Shown here piece by piece: positions 26,378 through 39,989 of a DNA stretch of 64,000 bases; position 1 is the stretch's first letter, and every line of letters begins with the position of its first letter. The notes beneath the pieces were generated by a model. It had not been told where the DNA came from. It saw nothing but the letters and a program-made list of their open reading frames with translations, and made no database searches. Source of the DNA: Octopus sinensis (Eukaryota); contig NC_042997.1 in the NCBI RefSeq assembly GCF_006345805.1, positions 116,188,001 to 116,252,000 on the forward strand, in the 5' to 3' direction. The translations under genes and the position numbers were made by a program.

Positions 26378-26796
26378 GTAAAAACTTCATACTTAAGATG
26401 TACGCTAGTTATAACATTATATCAATCCAGTAGAAGTTTAAATAAATTAATTTGGATTAGAAGCTATGCAATTAGTTTAAGTAACATCTTAATTGTTTCG
26501 CTTTCATAGTTATGTTGTTCCCTCGGAATTCAAATAAAATTATAATCATGAAATTGTATCTTGATCGTTGTAATGTAGTTATGGTCTATTAAGAATCAAA
26601 TATACGGTCTTCTGTCTGCAAGTCTAGGCTATGATATATTCAATGAAAATTCGTGTCTGCATTTTAAAATATCGAGATAATAAAAGTTACAAAAATATTT
26701 TGTTGCGTAACTGAATTTTCAAAACAATTTATATGATAAGATGATTATTATTTCGTTAAATATGCGTCAAACAGTTTTGTATTATTTTAAGGACCT

Positions 26797-27215
26797 AGGT
26801 TGGCGAGCTAGCAGAATCGTTAGTACACTGGACGAAATACTTAGTGGTATTTCGCCCGTCGCTACGTTCTGAGTTCAAATTCCGCCGAGGTAGACTCTGT
26901 CTTTCATCCTTTCGGGTTCGATAAATTAAGTAACAGTTACACACTGGGGTCGATATAATCGACTTAATCCGTTTGTCTGTTCTTGTTTGTCCCCTCTATG
27001 TTTAGCCCCTTGTGGGCAATAAAGAAATAAGAATCCTTAGCGCGACGGGCAAAATGCTTTGCGGTATTTGTTCTGACTGTTTACATCCCGAGTTCAAATT
27101 CCGTCGAGGCCAATTTTATCTTTCATCCTTTTAGGGATTGATAAAAATGAGGTATCAACTATCAGTCTTAAACTGGATTCTATCTGATCGAGTGACACCC
27201 ACTCTGCTTCAAAAT
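26797..27215 (+). mobile_element. Family-A SINE dimer
   Basis: Consensus match; second unit more degenerate. Confidence 0.8.
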
Positions 27216-28625
27216 TGCTGTCCTTGTGCCTTAGTTAAAAATCATTATTTTATTAACGCAGAAAATGAAGGAATATCATTTATTTCTCATGAGGATATGA
27301 ATGAGAAATCCACAAAATGTAGTCAGATGTTATTGGTTACTAAATCCTCTGAGAGATACATTTCCGTGATCGATTAGAAATAGATAGACTCTAAAAGGTT
27401 AGTTCCATTTTAAAATGACCAAAAAGTTTTCGCACTGGGAACGATAAACAATGTAGGATTAGTAATATTTCTATGAAAGATTTATAATAAAAGAGATATC
27501 GTTTTCAGTAAGAGCATTTATATAACAGAAATAGAACCTTCATGAAGACAAATGAGATGATAATCCTAATGGCTTTAAAACGACCGAATAACAAAGCAAC
27601 GGGTTGGCACACATTACAGACAATTCAGACTTGTGTCTTGAATTGTCCTAGGATAATAACTAATAAAGCATTTAATGTTCGTCTGTTCGTTTTCCTTTAC
27701 TTGTTTCAGTCATTAGACGGCGGCCATACTGGGGCACTGCTTTGAAGAATTTTAAGTCGAATAATTCGACGCCGGTACATTAAAAAATAAAAGACTGGTA
27801 CTTATTCTATCGGTTTGTTTTGCCGAACCGCTGTGTTACGAGGACAGGAACACATCAATACTGGTTGTCAAGCGGTGGTAGTGGGACAAACAGAGACATA
27901 ATGACACGCACATCTCTCTCTCTCTCTCATATATATTTCGTTTTTGGACTTGGTTTGCAAGATTCTTTATGTGAGTTCGTGTGTTGAAGCATATTCTGTT
28001 GTGTCTGGGGAGAGTCATTTTCTTTTTGTGCCTTATAATGTAACACACTTAGTGGTAAAATTTCCACTTATTTCTTATTTTTATTTTCCTAAAATATTCG
28101 TTGCGTCTTGCAAACCTTTTCAATAGTCTGAGAGTATAATGATTTCTGGTAGATTCGTTCAAAGAAATTGCCAGCATCTTTTTGCTGCCGACAAAAAAAA
28201 CAAACAAACTGCGCTTGCGCGGTGGATTTGAAAAAAAAAATGTATAAGCCAGAGGCACATACTGGATTGGCCTCGTGTTTATATGTTTAATCTTGGCGTC
28301 CCTGTTGAAGAAGACTTTGCCTGGTAAATTATTTTATTTGCTAAAATAAGTCAGAAACCATGGTCCAGGAAAGAGATGGTAAATGTTTTTATCTTTCTTT
28401 CCCTTCGAGAATTTATCCCTAATTAGTGGTTTGAACTTTAGCTGTTCTTTCTAGCGTAAAGGATTCCTATGAGGGAAACCTCTTAATGTGTTTAAATGTA
28501 CACTGTATTTTATATGAATAACATATAGTCTATTGACTAATTTTTCTATACGCTAGGCCACTGGTAGTAAAAATTTCTAAAATCTTTATTACCCTGATAT
28601 ATATATATATATATATATATATAAA

Positions 28626-28822
28626 TCTTAGATAAAACTTATTCGACCAAAGGCCATGTCTAACTTAATAGCACCACCTGATAGGATTATCTAAATCCTT
28701 TTTAAGTCAAGTTTTGTGGTATCATGGTCCATTCAAGTAGTGAGTTTTTGTTGAGTCAGTTGTATCCAGGTATGGGTGGCTTATCCGGTATTCCTTGAAG
28801 AAATTTGTCCAGACTCCGTTTA
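28626..28822 (-). mobile_element. CR1/L2-like LINE 3' end
   Basis: KRSLDKFLQGIPDKPPIPGYN plus UTR; same family as 46790-47110. Confidence 0.7.
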
Positions 28823-30008
28823 TATATATAATAAAAAATATAAGGATAAAATCTATATGAGATTTTATCGAGAATAATCGCCACCCGTTCTAAGAATCGA
28901 ACATACGATCTTATAGTCATGAGTCCAATACTCGAAGCTCTAAGCCACACGCCTTCGCCAGTTATCGCGCATTAGTGATATTTAATAATTTGATAACCAC
29001 TATGCTATTCAATAAACTCATTTTTCAACAGCTTTGAAACTATATTTCACGAATGGAATATTTAATATCTTGTTTGGAAGTGGGTCAGAACAGGTCAACA
29101 AAGATATACTGATACGTTGAAGATTTTCGACAAAGGATGCACTCTATATCGATGTCTGATATCTCTACATCAGTGGAAATATCGGAGGTCGGCAGGTATC
29201 ATATCACACATCAATTATGTTGCTTTTCATGTTTTAACACTATTTACGCATGTTTTTACGAAGCTATTTGCTGCTGTTTGTAGCCAGATTGAATGGAACT
29301 GCAAAAGTGTATGTCTATGTTGAAGGCATAGCGAAGATCCGATTTCGCTGTATGTTTATCACCGACCGTTCGGCTGACAAGCTGGTCTCTATCAATTAGA
29401 ATTCTAATATAATTGAGTCAATGTCTCGATGTTGATTCCAGTCGAATGATCGACAATATTTAAACTCCGTTCAAAAGTTCTCAGCACACAAATTTATACG
29501 AAGAACTGTACTCCATATTTAAAAAAAAAGGATTTTAATCAAATGAAGTAAAATTTTGTCAGTTATACAACTATTGTTAGTTATAAATTCAAACTTATTA
29601 CCAGTTCAATATACGTAAGAGATATTCGAACCCGCAAGAAAGACATTCACTGTAGATTGTCATGGCGAAATTTCTCGCAGTAGGCAAATAGGTGTAAATA
29701 TCCAGAGTCAATTCACAGTGTCCCCTAACCAAACTATAGGATGCATATATTTCGGAGTTATTATCACTTCTTCAGCCGCAGAGATCGGAAAACCAGACGC
29801 TGCGAACGGACACGAGATGCAGATCCTTCTTATGTTATATCTGTCATCGTTCAATGACTAGTTGCGCTATTCGGTTGCTCGCCGTAAATAAAATACAGGC
29901 TGACAACGTTAAGTAATAATGCGTATAAATACAGGTTTGTAACAAGTTCAAATTTGCTTGAGGCATATTTGAATCTGTAAGAAAGCTATTCACTATATTT
30001 TGTCAATG

Positions 30009-30176
30009 CGTAGACGCAGGAGTGGCTGTGTGGTAGGTAGCTTGCTTACCAACCACATGGTTCCGGGTTCATTCCCACTGCGTGGCACCTTGAACAAGTG
30101 TCTTCTACGATAGCCTCGGGCCGACCAAAGCCTTGTGAGTAGACGGAAACTGAAAGAAGCCCGTCGTGTATGTATG

Positions 30177-30230
<54 letters not shown>

Positions 30231-30455
30231 GTGTGTGTGTGTGTGTGTTTGTGTGTCTGTGTTTGTCCCCCATCATCGCTTGACAGCCGATGGTGGTGTG
30301 TTTACGTCCCTGTAACTTAACGGTTCGGCAAAAGAACCGATAGAATAAGCACTAGCTTCCAAAGAATAAGTCCTGGGGTAGATTTGGTCGACTAAAGGCG
30401 GTACTCCAGCTATGACCGCAGTCAAATGACTGATACAAGTAAAAGAGTAAAAGAG
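30009..30455 (+). mobile_element. Family-B SINE, full length
   Basis: Head gacgcaggagtggctgtgtggtaggtag to tail gtaaaagagtaaaagag. Confidence 0.9.
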
Positions 30456-31102
30456 AATGAGAAAAGTCTCGCTGTAGACAGAAAGGTGTAAATAAGACTA
30501 AGTTTGTCACCCTGTATTGATAGTTAAATATCCGCGACTGATTGGGATGGTAAAGAAGATTGCATGCTTTTTGGTTCAATTGAACATTTCCCCTGCTTAT
30601 ATGATTCTCCACAACCATGTGTGTCTGGCAAAATAACTTTATTTCGAAACAATTTGAAATATGTTTTGGAACAGAAACAGAAACTGTTCTTTTCCTTCGT
30701 TATATGAAGTAAAACATTCGATTCAATTAATATTCTAACAACATTGCAACTGCCATGCTCTGTCAGCTGAAAGAAGCTGTACCTGATATTTACTAGACAA
30801 TAGGTTTCTGTTTATTCCATCATTTCAACTTTTAGGTCCGACTGCTGCAGGTGTAGAAAAATCGTGATAAAAAGCAGATTTTGAAAATAAATAAAAAGTT
30901 GTCTTAATTGAGGAAGTTGTAAAAATTCGTGTGGCTGAGGAGAAAAAAGAATCCTTACATTTCAGGCCACCATCAATATATTCTACTTCTCTTCACGGCA
31001 TATAAACTTAACCAAATTTACCAATGTTTCTTAACGATTTTACTCATAGACGACCGATAGTCACCTGGGTATCTGTTCTTTTTTCTTATGCTTCTTGTTA
31101 TT

Positions 31103-31335
31103 TACTCTTTTACTCTTTTACTTCTTTCAGTCGTTTGACTGCGGCCATGCTGGAGCACCTCCTTTGGTCGAGGGAATAGACCCCCAGGACTTATTCTTTG
31201 TAAGCCTAGTACTTAGTCTTTCGGTCTCTTTTGCCGAGCCGCTAAGTTACGGGGACATAAACACACCAGCATCGGGTGTCAAGCGATGTTGGGGGGGGGG
31301 GGCAAACACAAACACACAAACATACACACACACAA

Positions 31336-31368
<33 letters not shown>

Positions 31369-31567
31369 CACACACATACACACACACATATACATATATA
31401 TATACGACGGGCTTCTTTCAGTTTCCGTCTACCAAATTCACTCACAAGGCTTTGGTCGGCCCGAGGCTATAGTAGAAGACACTTGCCCAAGATACCACGC
31501 AGTGGGACTGAACCCAGAACCATGTGGTTGATAAGCAAGCTACTTAACACACAGCCACTCCTGCGCC
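31103..31567 (-). mobile_element. Family-B SINE, full length
   Basis: Consensus match. Confidence 0.9.
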
Positions 31568-31879
31568 TTGGTAATATATTTGGTAATATATTTAAAATTA
31601 AAATATTGTAAGCATTATGGTAAGTTTTGTGGTGGGTCAGCTATAACCACCTATGTTGGTTATTCAGTGAACGACTTAATTCGTCACCCTGTTTATCATC
31701 GTTACTTGGCATTTAAATGTCTTGAGTGGTGTCTGCTAGGTTGCTAGTATTCTGACTATGTTTCCGATTTGAGAATAACTTCTTTTGATTAGTAAGTCTA
31801 ACCATGAAGAATGTTATGGGCGCTGCAATGCCCCTGTTTGCCAAGGTATAAAAATGATTTTGAATTCGTAGAGTTGCTG

Positions 31880-32145
31880 GGGTATTGACTAAAATGCCTC
31901 AGCTCAGAATGTCTGGTCATATTACTCGATTTTGCGAACTGGATTCTGCGTATTGTATTCTCTTTATTGAGGTTCCAGTTGGGGTAACGGTACGTGTTGG
32001 TCGGCCACATGCATCATGGTCACAGCATATGAGATGAGATCTGACCGAGATACGCCTCAGAAGGTTTCCCAAGACGACCCGAGCAAATACAGACAAGTGG
32101 TGGATGCAAAGACGCACTGCAACGGTGCATGCCCCATAACTGATC
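31880..32145 (+). mobile_element. RTE-clade LINE C-terminal fragment, degenerate
   Basis: QLRMSGHITR..GRPHASWSQHMR*DL resembles the RTE motif QLRWxGHVxR..GRPxxxW..DL. Confidence 0.55.
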
Positions 32146-32513
32146 TTTGCACTCTGAATTCAAATCCTAGCAAAGTCAGTTTTGCCTTATCTCCTTTTGG
32201 GGGTCGATAAAATGTATCAGTCTAGAGTGATGAATTATTGAAACTTAAAGAATCGGGAAAGTTGCTTTGCAATGTATGTTCCGGTTATTTACATTCTGAC
32301 AGCAACGCCTGAGGCGACAGTTGGTGCTAAGCTGTATCGGCCCTACGGTGACAGCTTTTCCCATGGTGGCGTGGAGAGAGGAAACTTTCAGGTATGGGCA
32401 ACTTCCAGGTTTTCTGATGAAGGAAAAGACCATCCTCAGTCATGCGCAAACATATGCAAATGGCCGGTTAACTCTGACCGAAGAAAACTTCCAAAACGCT
32501 ATAAAAATATATT

Positions 32514-32886
32514 GCATGGCTGCGTGGTAAAAAGTTTGTTTACCAATCATATGGTCCTGGGTTCAATACCACTGTGTGGAACCTGGGGCAAGTGTCTTCT
32601 ACTATAGCCTCGGGACGACCAAGGCATTGTGAGTGGACTTGTTAGACGGAAACTGAAAGAAGCCTGTCGTATATATATATATATATATATATATAAAATC
32701 ATATATATATGTATATATACACATGCGCGCGCGCACACACACACACGCATATATAAGTGTGTGTGTGTGTCTTTGAGTGTGTGTTTGCACCCACCACCGA
32801 TTGACATCCGCTAAGTTACGGAGATGTTTATATCTCTGTAACTTGGCGGTTCATCAAAGGTGGACAAGAGAATAAGTACCAGGCTT
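32514..32886 (+). mobile_element. Family-B SINE, 3'-truncated
   Basis: Consensus match. Confidence 0.8.
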
Positions 32887-35009
32887 GGATCTGGGTTTTT
32901 TCATTCGCAAAATGAACCCCCTTTAATTTTGCTCCGATCGCTTTCAATTTTGGTGTATCGATGCAACCCTGGATTTTGATTACGATCAACCAATTACTTC
33001 ATCTCATGAATTAAAGAATCTGATGTTATTCGGAAATAAATTTGGGAAAGTTGGGTAATTTTAGCCTATCAACAGACAGCGAGGCATTAACAGCTTGTTA
33101 CCACGACAACCGCATGTTGTGTAGTGTTTCACTCAATTGTCGTGTTGATTCTTCACACCACGAGATTTACTTCACCCGCGTGTTTTGTTTTAATAAAAAT
33201 TTATTTTTATCAATTAGAATTTTATCATAGATATTTTTCGTCAATTTTCTTAATATTTTTGCGATGTTTATACAGTTTCTTAGCATTATGAAGGTGAATG
33301 GAATATGCGAACTTAGTACAGATAATTTGACATTATTTTTGAATTCAGCATGCAAAACCATATACGATACGGATACTCTTTTTCTTGGAACAAATTCTTT
33401 GTTGACCAGTGTTATTCCTATCGTAGTTTACAAATCAAAGCATGAAAACGTTACACAACTTTGAAGTTTTGGAGATGGACACCCCCTTTTTACACATACA
33501 CATGCACTTACATATTAATGATGTACACAAATACATGACAGATATACATAATGCTGAAATACGCATAAAGTAAACACATGCAGACAAATATATTAATATA
33601 ACAAATTAAAAATATAATAAAAACATACAACCAATGAAGAGACAAAAGAAAAAGTAAGATGATACATGTTGATTTTATTAGGATTTCATTAGTTTATTTA
33701 GAAACCTACAATGAAGAGGTCATTTCACAGACGCTATAAATTTCACAGGGTACAACCTTAAAGTTGACACCGCGCCGCTACACGCAGGAAATTTCTGTCT
33801 CGCTATTGGCTAAAAATAAACAGTTTTGTCGATTTTTAAACTACTGTAACTTTTTCCTCCAATTTTTTCCTCTACAGCATCACACCTTCATAGCAATTAG
33901 ACTGGAACACTATATTATTATAGCCGATTTTCAGATTTTTTACTGTCTTTTAAAAAATGCATTTTTGCGACTGAAAAAAAAACTATATCCCCTGGCTTTA
34001 AAAGAAATAATTACTGGGTTCAATTCGTTCGCCTAAAATTCTTCAAGGTGATGCCCCAGTATGGCCACAGTCTAATAATTAACACAAGTAAAAGGTAAAA
34101 GATAAGCAGATTTACGCAGTTAAAAAAGTAGGATTGTTTAGCTCACTGGTCGGACTGTAGTGGTTGATTAAAAATTATGTTGTCAGTTTTATTATACAAA
34201 ATGGATATTATAATTAACTACCAAAAATTTAACACTGAACTCAATTAAATAGAGAATGGTGATATAATTTAATTTTTATTCAGAAAACAATTTTTAAAGC
34301 TGTGGCTCAAAGGCATAAAATTTCTGTTTAATTCTCAATTTTTTCCTGCGAATAATTTAGAAATCCTTGCAGTAAATAACAGCAAGAATCGCTAGAAAAA
34401 TAATTATTTACAAAACAAGAAAAACAATTGTTTCTAATTATGATAGAAGGCCAGCGATTTTAAGGAGAATGGGTAAGTTGATGACATCGAGTTCAGTATT
34501 TAATTAGTATCAAATTTTTATCAACCTAGAAGGAATAAAAGTCTTAATAGAATTTGAATTCACAACATAAAAAGTTGCGAAGCATTTTGTTCAATGCGCT
34601 AACAATTCCGCCATCTGGCCGCCTTAGTAAATATAAATCCTTCAAATTTTGGTGCGATGCCATCAATATTTAGGGAAGTGGGTAGACTTGCTATAGTCTA
34701 TAAATTAAAACTGACCCCATAAAAGACAGTAACTAGCAAAAATCGGTAACAAGTTTTTCTTCCAGGTACCTTTGTAGCTTCTAAGCTGAAGGGAAGGCAG
34801 CATGTTCTTTGTCTATTTCCTTAACTTCTTGGAGATTTTAGGTAAACTTATACTAATGTGTTCATCTGTTTTAATTTAATTAAATTCTATGTCTTTGTGC
34901 AGCTGAAGATTGCTCTGTATTTAAACTGATGTAATGATTGCATTGTTCGATTTGATGGAGTTGCGTGAAACGATCGTACTGCATTATCTCTAGATATCCT
35001 TGTTGCTTA

Positions 35010-35130
35010 TTTTGCTATATATATATGTATGTATGTATGTATGTATATGTATGTATGCATCTATATATATACATATATGTATGTATGTATGTATATATGT
35101 ATGTATATATGTATGTATATAATATGTATG

Positions 35131-35184
<54 letters not shown>

Positions 35185-35356
35185 GTATGTATATATATGT
35201 ATATATATATATATAATATATATATATATGTATATATATATATGTATTATATATATATGTATATATATATATATAGTATATATATATGTACATATATATA
35301 TATATTTATACACACACATACACACACATATATATGTATATATATATACACACATA

Positions 35357-35407
<51 letters not shown>

Positions 35408-35416
35408 TGAACGGTG

Positions 35417-35466
<50 letters not shown>
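35010..35466. repeat. Long (TA)n/(TATG)n compound microsatellite
   Basis: Direct reading. Confidence 0.95.
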
Positions 35467-36440
35467 TGAACGTTTCTCAAATAAAGACTGTAAACTTTGT
35501 GCTTTACCAATTACAATCGCAATGTTTCGTGGTGTAGTCAGTTACTATTCCTAACTAGGAAATCATTTCTCCTCATTCACATCATCGTTAATGCTCGTTT
35601 AATTTATGAAAGACAATGTTTTGTCGATTTGTCTTCTTCTGCACGAGTTTTCGTTTCAATAAAATCGCAACTAATTTCTTATTCCTGATGCTTTAAATAG
35701 TCTAATTTATGACTCGCTACCTTAATCTTATTTAATTATTTCCCCCTAATTAAAACATATAGTTCTATGTCCTAAGATTTTCTTGCAAAAACACTAGTGT
35801 AATTCTAACACAGATTGTAACAACAGATAACTTATCACGAGATAGTTTCACAGCAAAACACGTCTCTATGCTTCTTAATTTCAAGTTGACGTAATCAGTA
35901 AAATTATTAAGATTCTATAACTAGACATGTTATCAATAATAGCTATATCCAATCAATAAAATTACCGAAACGGCGTATGAAATGACATTATCAAATTGAT
36001 ATAATCAATAGCCTTTTCCAAGTGACTTTCACAATAACATTATCACCGTGATGTCAGTTTGTAAATTCATCAAAATATATTGCGTACGAGTATTAATCGA
36101 TACCAAATGATTCCGCTGTTTGACTTGCCGTTCAGCACAAATATAACATTTAACACTTTCGTTTGTTAGTATTAGTATTAGTATTACTATTTTTCTATCT
36201 TTGATTTTTTTTTTACACAAACCATTCAGCTATAATTTTCAGACGTACAGTAACTATTATCTCGATAAACACATTAGTCAGGAGTCAGTGAAATAACTTA
36301 TAAATTTATTTTAGGATTACGTAAGTTGCATTATACTGGAAATAGTTTCAGCGATGGTGGTTTCACGATTCCTTGGTTCCGGGATACGATCTCAGCGCTT
36401 GTACAATAGCTTGAGTTTGAGCAATATCTTATGAGATTTT

Positions 36441-36830
36441 AAGGCGGCGAGCTGGCAGAAACGTTAGCACGCCGGGCGAAATGCTTTGCGGTATTTCGTC
36501 CGCCGCTACGTCCTAAGTTCAAATTCCGCAGATGTCGACTTTGCCTTTCATCCTTTCAGGGTCGATAAATTAAGTTCCAGTTACGATATAATCGACTTAA
36601 TCCCTTTGTCTGTCCTTGTTTGTCCCCTCTATGTTTAGCCCCTTGTGGGCAATAAAGAAATAGGTATTTCGTCTGCCGCTACGTTCTAAGTTCAAATTCC
36701 GCCGAAGTCGACTTTGCCTTCCATCCTTTCGGGGTCGATAAATTAAGTAGCAATTGGGTACTGGGGTAGATCCAATCGACCGGCCCCCTCCCACCAATGT
36801 TGGGCCTTGTGCCTAGAGTAGAAAAGAATA
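36441..36830 (+). mobile_element. Family-A SINE dimer
   Basis: Head-core-tail1-core-tail2. Confidence 0.85.
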
Positions 36831-36914
36831 CCTTATGAGATTTTAGCTCAACGAAAACAGTGTGGAAAACCGTCGTTTAATATGCATGAATGAACATACA
36901 TAGGGGCATAAATA

Positions 36915-37140
36915 CATACTCTGTTGATGTTGTTGAAATTCCAGTGAAAGAGCCTTGGATCTAGGTTAGAAACCGACTCTTTCTCTTATTGGCGAGAAAT
37001 CTTGAAATAAAACTAGATGACATACGAAATAAAACTTGATAATGACATACATACACACAAACATACATACATACATACATACTACATACATACATACATA
37101 CATACATACATACATACATACATACATACATACAAACACA
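36915..37140 (+). mobile_element. 3' UTR of the second R4-like subfamily followed by an (ATAC)n tail
   Basis: UTR matches 17945-18070; (ATAC)n at about 37046-37140. Confidence 0.65.
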
Positions 37141-37149
37141 CACATAGTC

Positions 37150-37436
37150 ATAGCCACTCAACGGAACCTACGCGTGAAATTAACTTCCAAGTGACTGAGT
37201 ACTCCAAAGACACGCTTACACTAAACGTAGTTCTCAGGGAGATTCAACATGACACAGGATGTGACAAGGTTGAATCCTTTGAAACACAACTACTACTCAT
37301 TTTTGCCAACTGAGTGGACTGATGCAACGTGAAGTAAACTAACTTGCTCAAGGAGACAACGTGCTGCCACGAATCGAACTCAGAACCTTACGATCGTGAG
37401 CCGAATACTCTAAGAACTAAACTACTCGCCTTCACT
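37150..37436 (-). mobile_element. Family-C SINE
   Basis: Reverse copy of 23252-23560. Confidence 0.7.
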
Positions 37437-37490
37437 TTGCTTCAATACAAAGAAATGAAGAGACAGCAAGAGCACACGAGCCCATTACGA

Positions 37491-38377
37491 CAGGAGTGGG
37501 GAAACTTTTTTGTGCAGCGGGCAAAAATTTCCACTGATAAAGGTCCTCGGGTGGATCACTAGTTCTGACTCTTACATCTGTAAAAATCTTGTATATATCT
37601 ATGTATAATTCGATATACAGTAATTAAGATAAGCTTAACACATTAAATTAACGCGTAACACCTTCATTAACACTACCACTGAATCTAGGATGTTTATATT
37701 ACTATTTTTTTCAGCTAGAGTGTAGTTGGGTCTTAAGGGGGTGGTACAAACCTGGCAGTATGTGTTTTATAGCGAAAACAAAATTTCCGTTCAAATGGAA
37801 ATTACCAAACAATTTTCTGTTCGAGTCTAACCGTTTTAGTGGAAATGCGACCTACGTCGCAAATAGGCATAGGAATATTGTATGAATTTCCAAAGAAAAA
37901 GGTCCGCAGGCGGATCACAAGTTCTAACTCTTATAACTGTATAGATCTTGTATATATCTATGTATAATTCAATATACATTAAGATAAGTTTAACACATTA
38001 AATCAACGCATAACATGTTCAATATTGCCGCCACAGAATTTATGACGTTTATATTACTCATGAGGTATTCTATATTGTTCAGCGAGAGTGTAGTTGGGTC
38101 TCAAGGGGGTGGTACAAACCTGGTAGTATGTGTTTTATAGTGAAAGCAAAATTTCCGTTCAAATGGCAATTACCGGACGATTTTCTGTTCGAGTCTAACC
38201 GTTTTATGTCGTAGTGGAAACGCGACCCATGTCGCAAATAGGAAAACGAATATTGTATAAATTTTATAATTGAAAAATTTACTATATTTTGTACATACGA
38301 GTATATCAGCCTGTGGGCGAAATAAAATGGGCTTACTGGAGTATTTGCACCCGCGGGAGGGGGTTTCCCTACCCCTG
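37491..38377. mobile_element. hAT-type MITE with internal ~360-bp tandem duplication
   Basis: TIRs caggagtggggaaac / gtttccctacccctg; TSD cattacga / cattaaga; units about 37539-37897 and 37898-38260. Confidence 0.8.
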
Positions 38378-38643
38378 CATTAAGACAACGCGATGTATCT
38401 TCTAATGTGTATCTTTCTTAATTGTCTTAAAACTCTTTGTTGTAAAGGAATGTACGTGTGTAGATATATGTGAGCGTGAGCGTGAGGGTATGTGCGTGTG
38501 GCGTCGGAGTACTTTCGTTTATATGTGTGAACGTAGACAAAAATCAAAGGGGAAATAAGAAAAACAAAACAAGACATATAGGCCAACAGCATCTTATGTA
38601 TGTCAACCTTTTTAACTTTCTGACTTTGGCAGTCTAAAATAAA

Positions 38644-39036
38644 ACTAGCAGTATCGCCCGGCGTTGCTCGGGTTTGTTTCGACCCTTTAGAATTGGAATT
38701 TTTGAAAAGTAAAAATTTTGCATTATGTAGCTTGTTATTCTCTTTAAGTGAACATTTTTCTGGTCGAAATACACCGAAAAATGGCAACACAGCAGTCAAA
38801 AAATCATAAAAATACGGATTTTAATAGACAAAAAGCACCTTTTTGATGTAAATAATTTTTTATGTTAACATGGTCCGATTTGAATTCTTTCTTCTACGGA
38901 AGGAAGAGCAAGCCTTCTTCTATCATACTCTCAATTTTGGTCAACTTGCGCCGCAGGGTCTCGGAGGAGATAGTGTTAGTTGAAGGCTACCAAACCTGCC
39001 ATACACAGACAACTTCAGCTTTATATATAGAGAGAT
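38644..39036 (+). mobile_element. HINE-like element, copy 2
   Basis: actagcagtatcgcccggcgttgctcggg...cagacaacttcagctttatatatagagagat. Confidence 0.72.
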
Positions 39037-39377
39037 AAGATGAAAAATAAGAAAAACAAATACATAAGACATCTCCAAATGCATACACGCAAGACAAAAG
39101 ACGACGGTATCTTTCGCTCAGCGTCCAATCATATCCCGTATTATATTCAAGCGCTTTCCTGGTATTTTGTGCGTGTGTGTGTGTGTTCGCGTAAGAACTT
39201 ATATATACTCTTTGCACTCGCCCCGGCACTCATTGCCATACGAATTTCATTAAGTTGAAACTCGGCGTAATGGTTAATGAAGTTCTCAGCTTAAAGCAAT
39301 TAGGATCCAACTCAACAATATGTATTGAATAGCCTTCCCCACCATTTTGTTACGCATTTCTTTGTTCCACAACATAA

Positions 39378-39412
<35 letters not shown>

Positions 39413-39876
39413 ACTAAATGAATCTTGATTTCAAATTTTGGCACAAGGCCAGCAATTTCGTGAGAAAGGGTTAAATCGATTCCATCGACCCCCATTACTC
39501 ATCTGGTACTTATTTTATCGACTTCGAAAGGATGAGAAGCAAAGTCAACCTTGGCGGAATTTGAACTCAGAACATGAAGACGGACGAAATGCGCTAAGCA
39601 GTTCGTCTGTCGTGCTAATGATTCTGCCATCTCGCCTCCTTAGAACTAAAGGAATATTAAATACTCTAAATATTTGATGTGCTGAGTTCCTTATTTCAAT
39701 TTTGGATTCGGTAGTGTTTTGATTGAGCATATCATACATATATGATTATACTCACCAACATACATACATACATACATACATACATACATACATACATACA
39801 TACATACATGAAATATCAACCAAGTACCAAGGGATACGAATGTAAGAAAAGCAGTAAAATGTGACAACCGATGCAG

Positions 39877-39926
<50 letters not shown>

Positions 39927-39989
39927 CAAAACGCCCCCCGTCCTATGGACGGTGCTGAGTTGTCAAACATTTAAACCAAATTTTCTCAA

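Noticed and set aside
32303-32391. Candidate 89-nt exon (ctgacag|...cag|gtatgg)
   Set aside because: Two frames are open, no homology is recognisable, no partner exons, and it lies beside RTE and SINE debris.
32413-32440. CTGATGA motif (also at 41343)
   Set aside because: No downstream stem II-GAAA or stem I partner, so not a hammerhead.
35530-35575. tRNA-Val-like 5' sequence gtttcgtggtgtagtcagtta
   Set aside because: No B-box, T-arm or acceptor pairing.
39241-39285. 12-bp-stem hairpin (gaatttcattaa/ttaatgaagttc) as a pre-miRNA
   Set aside because: Stem too short and loop too large for a miRNA precursor.
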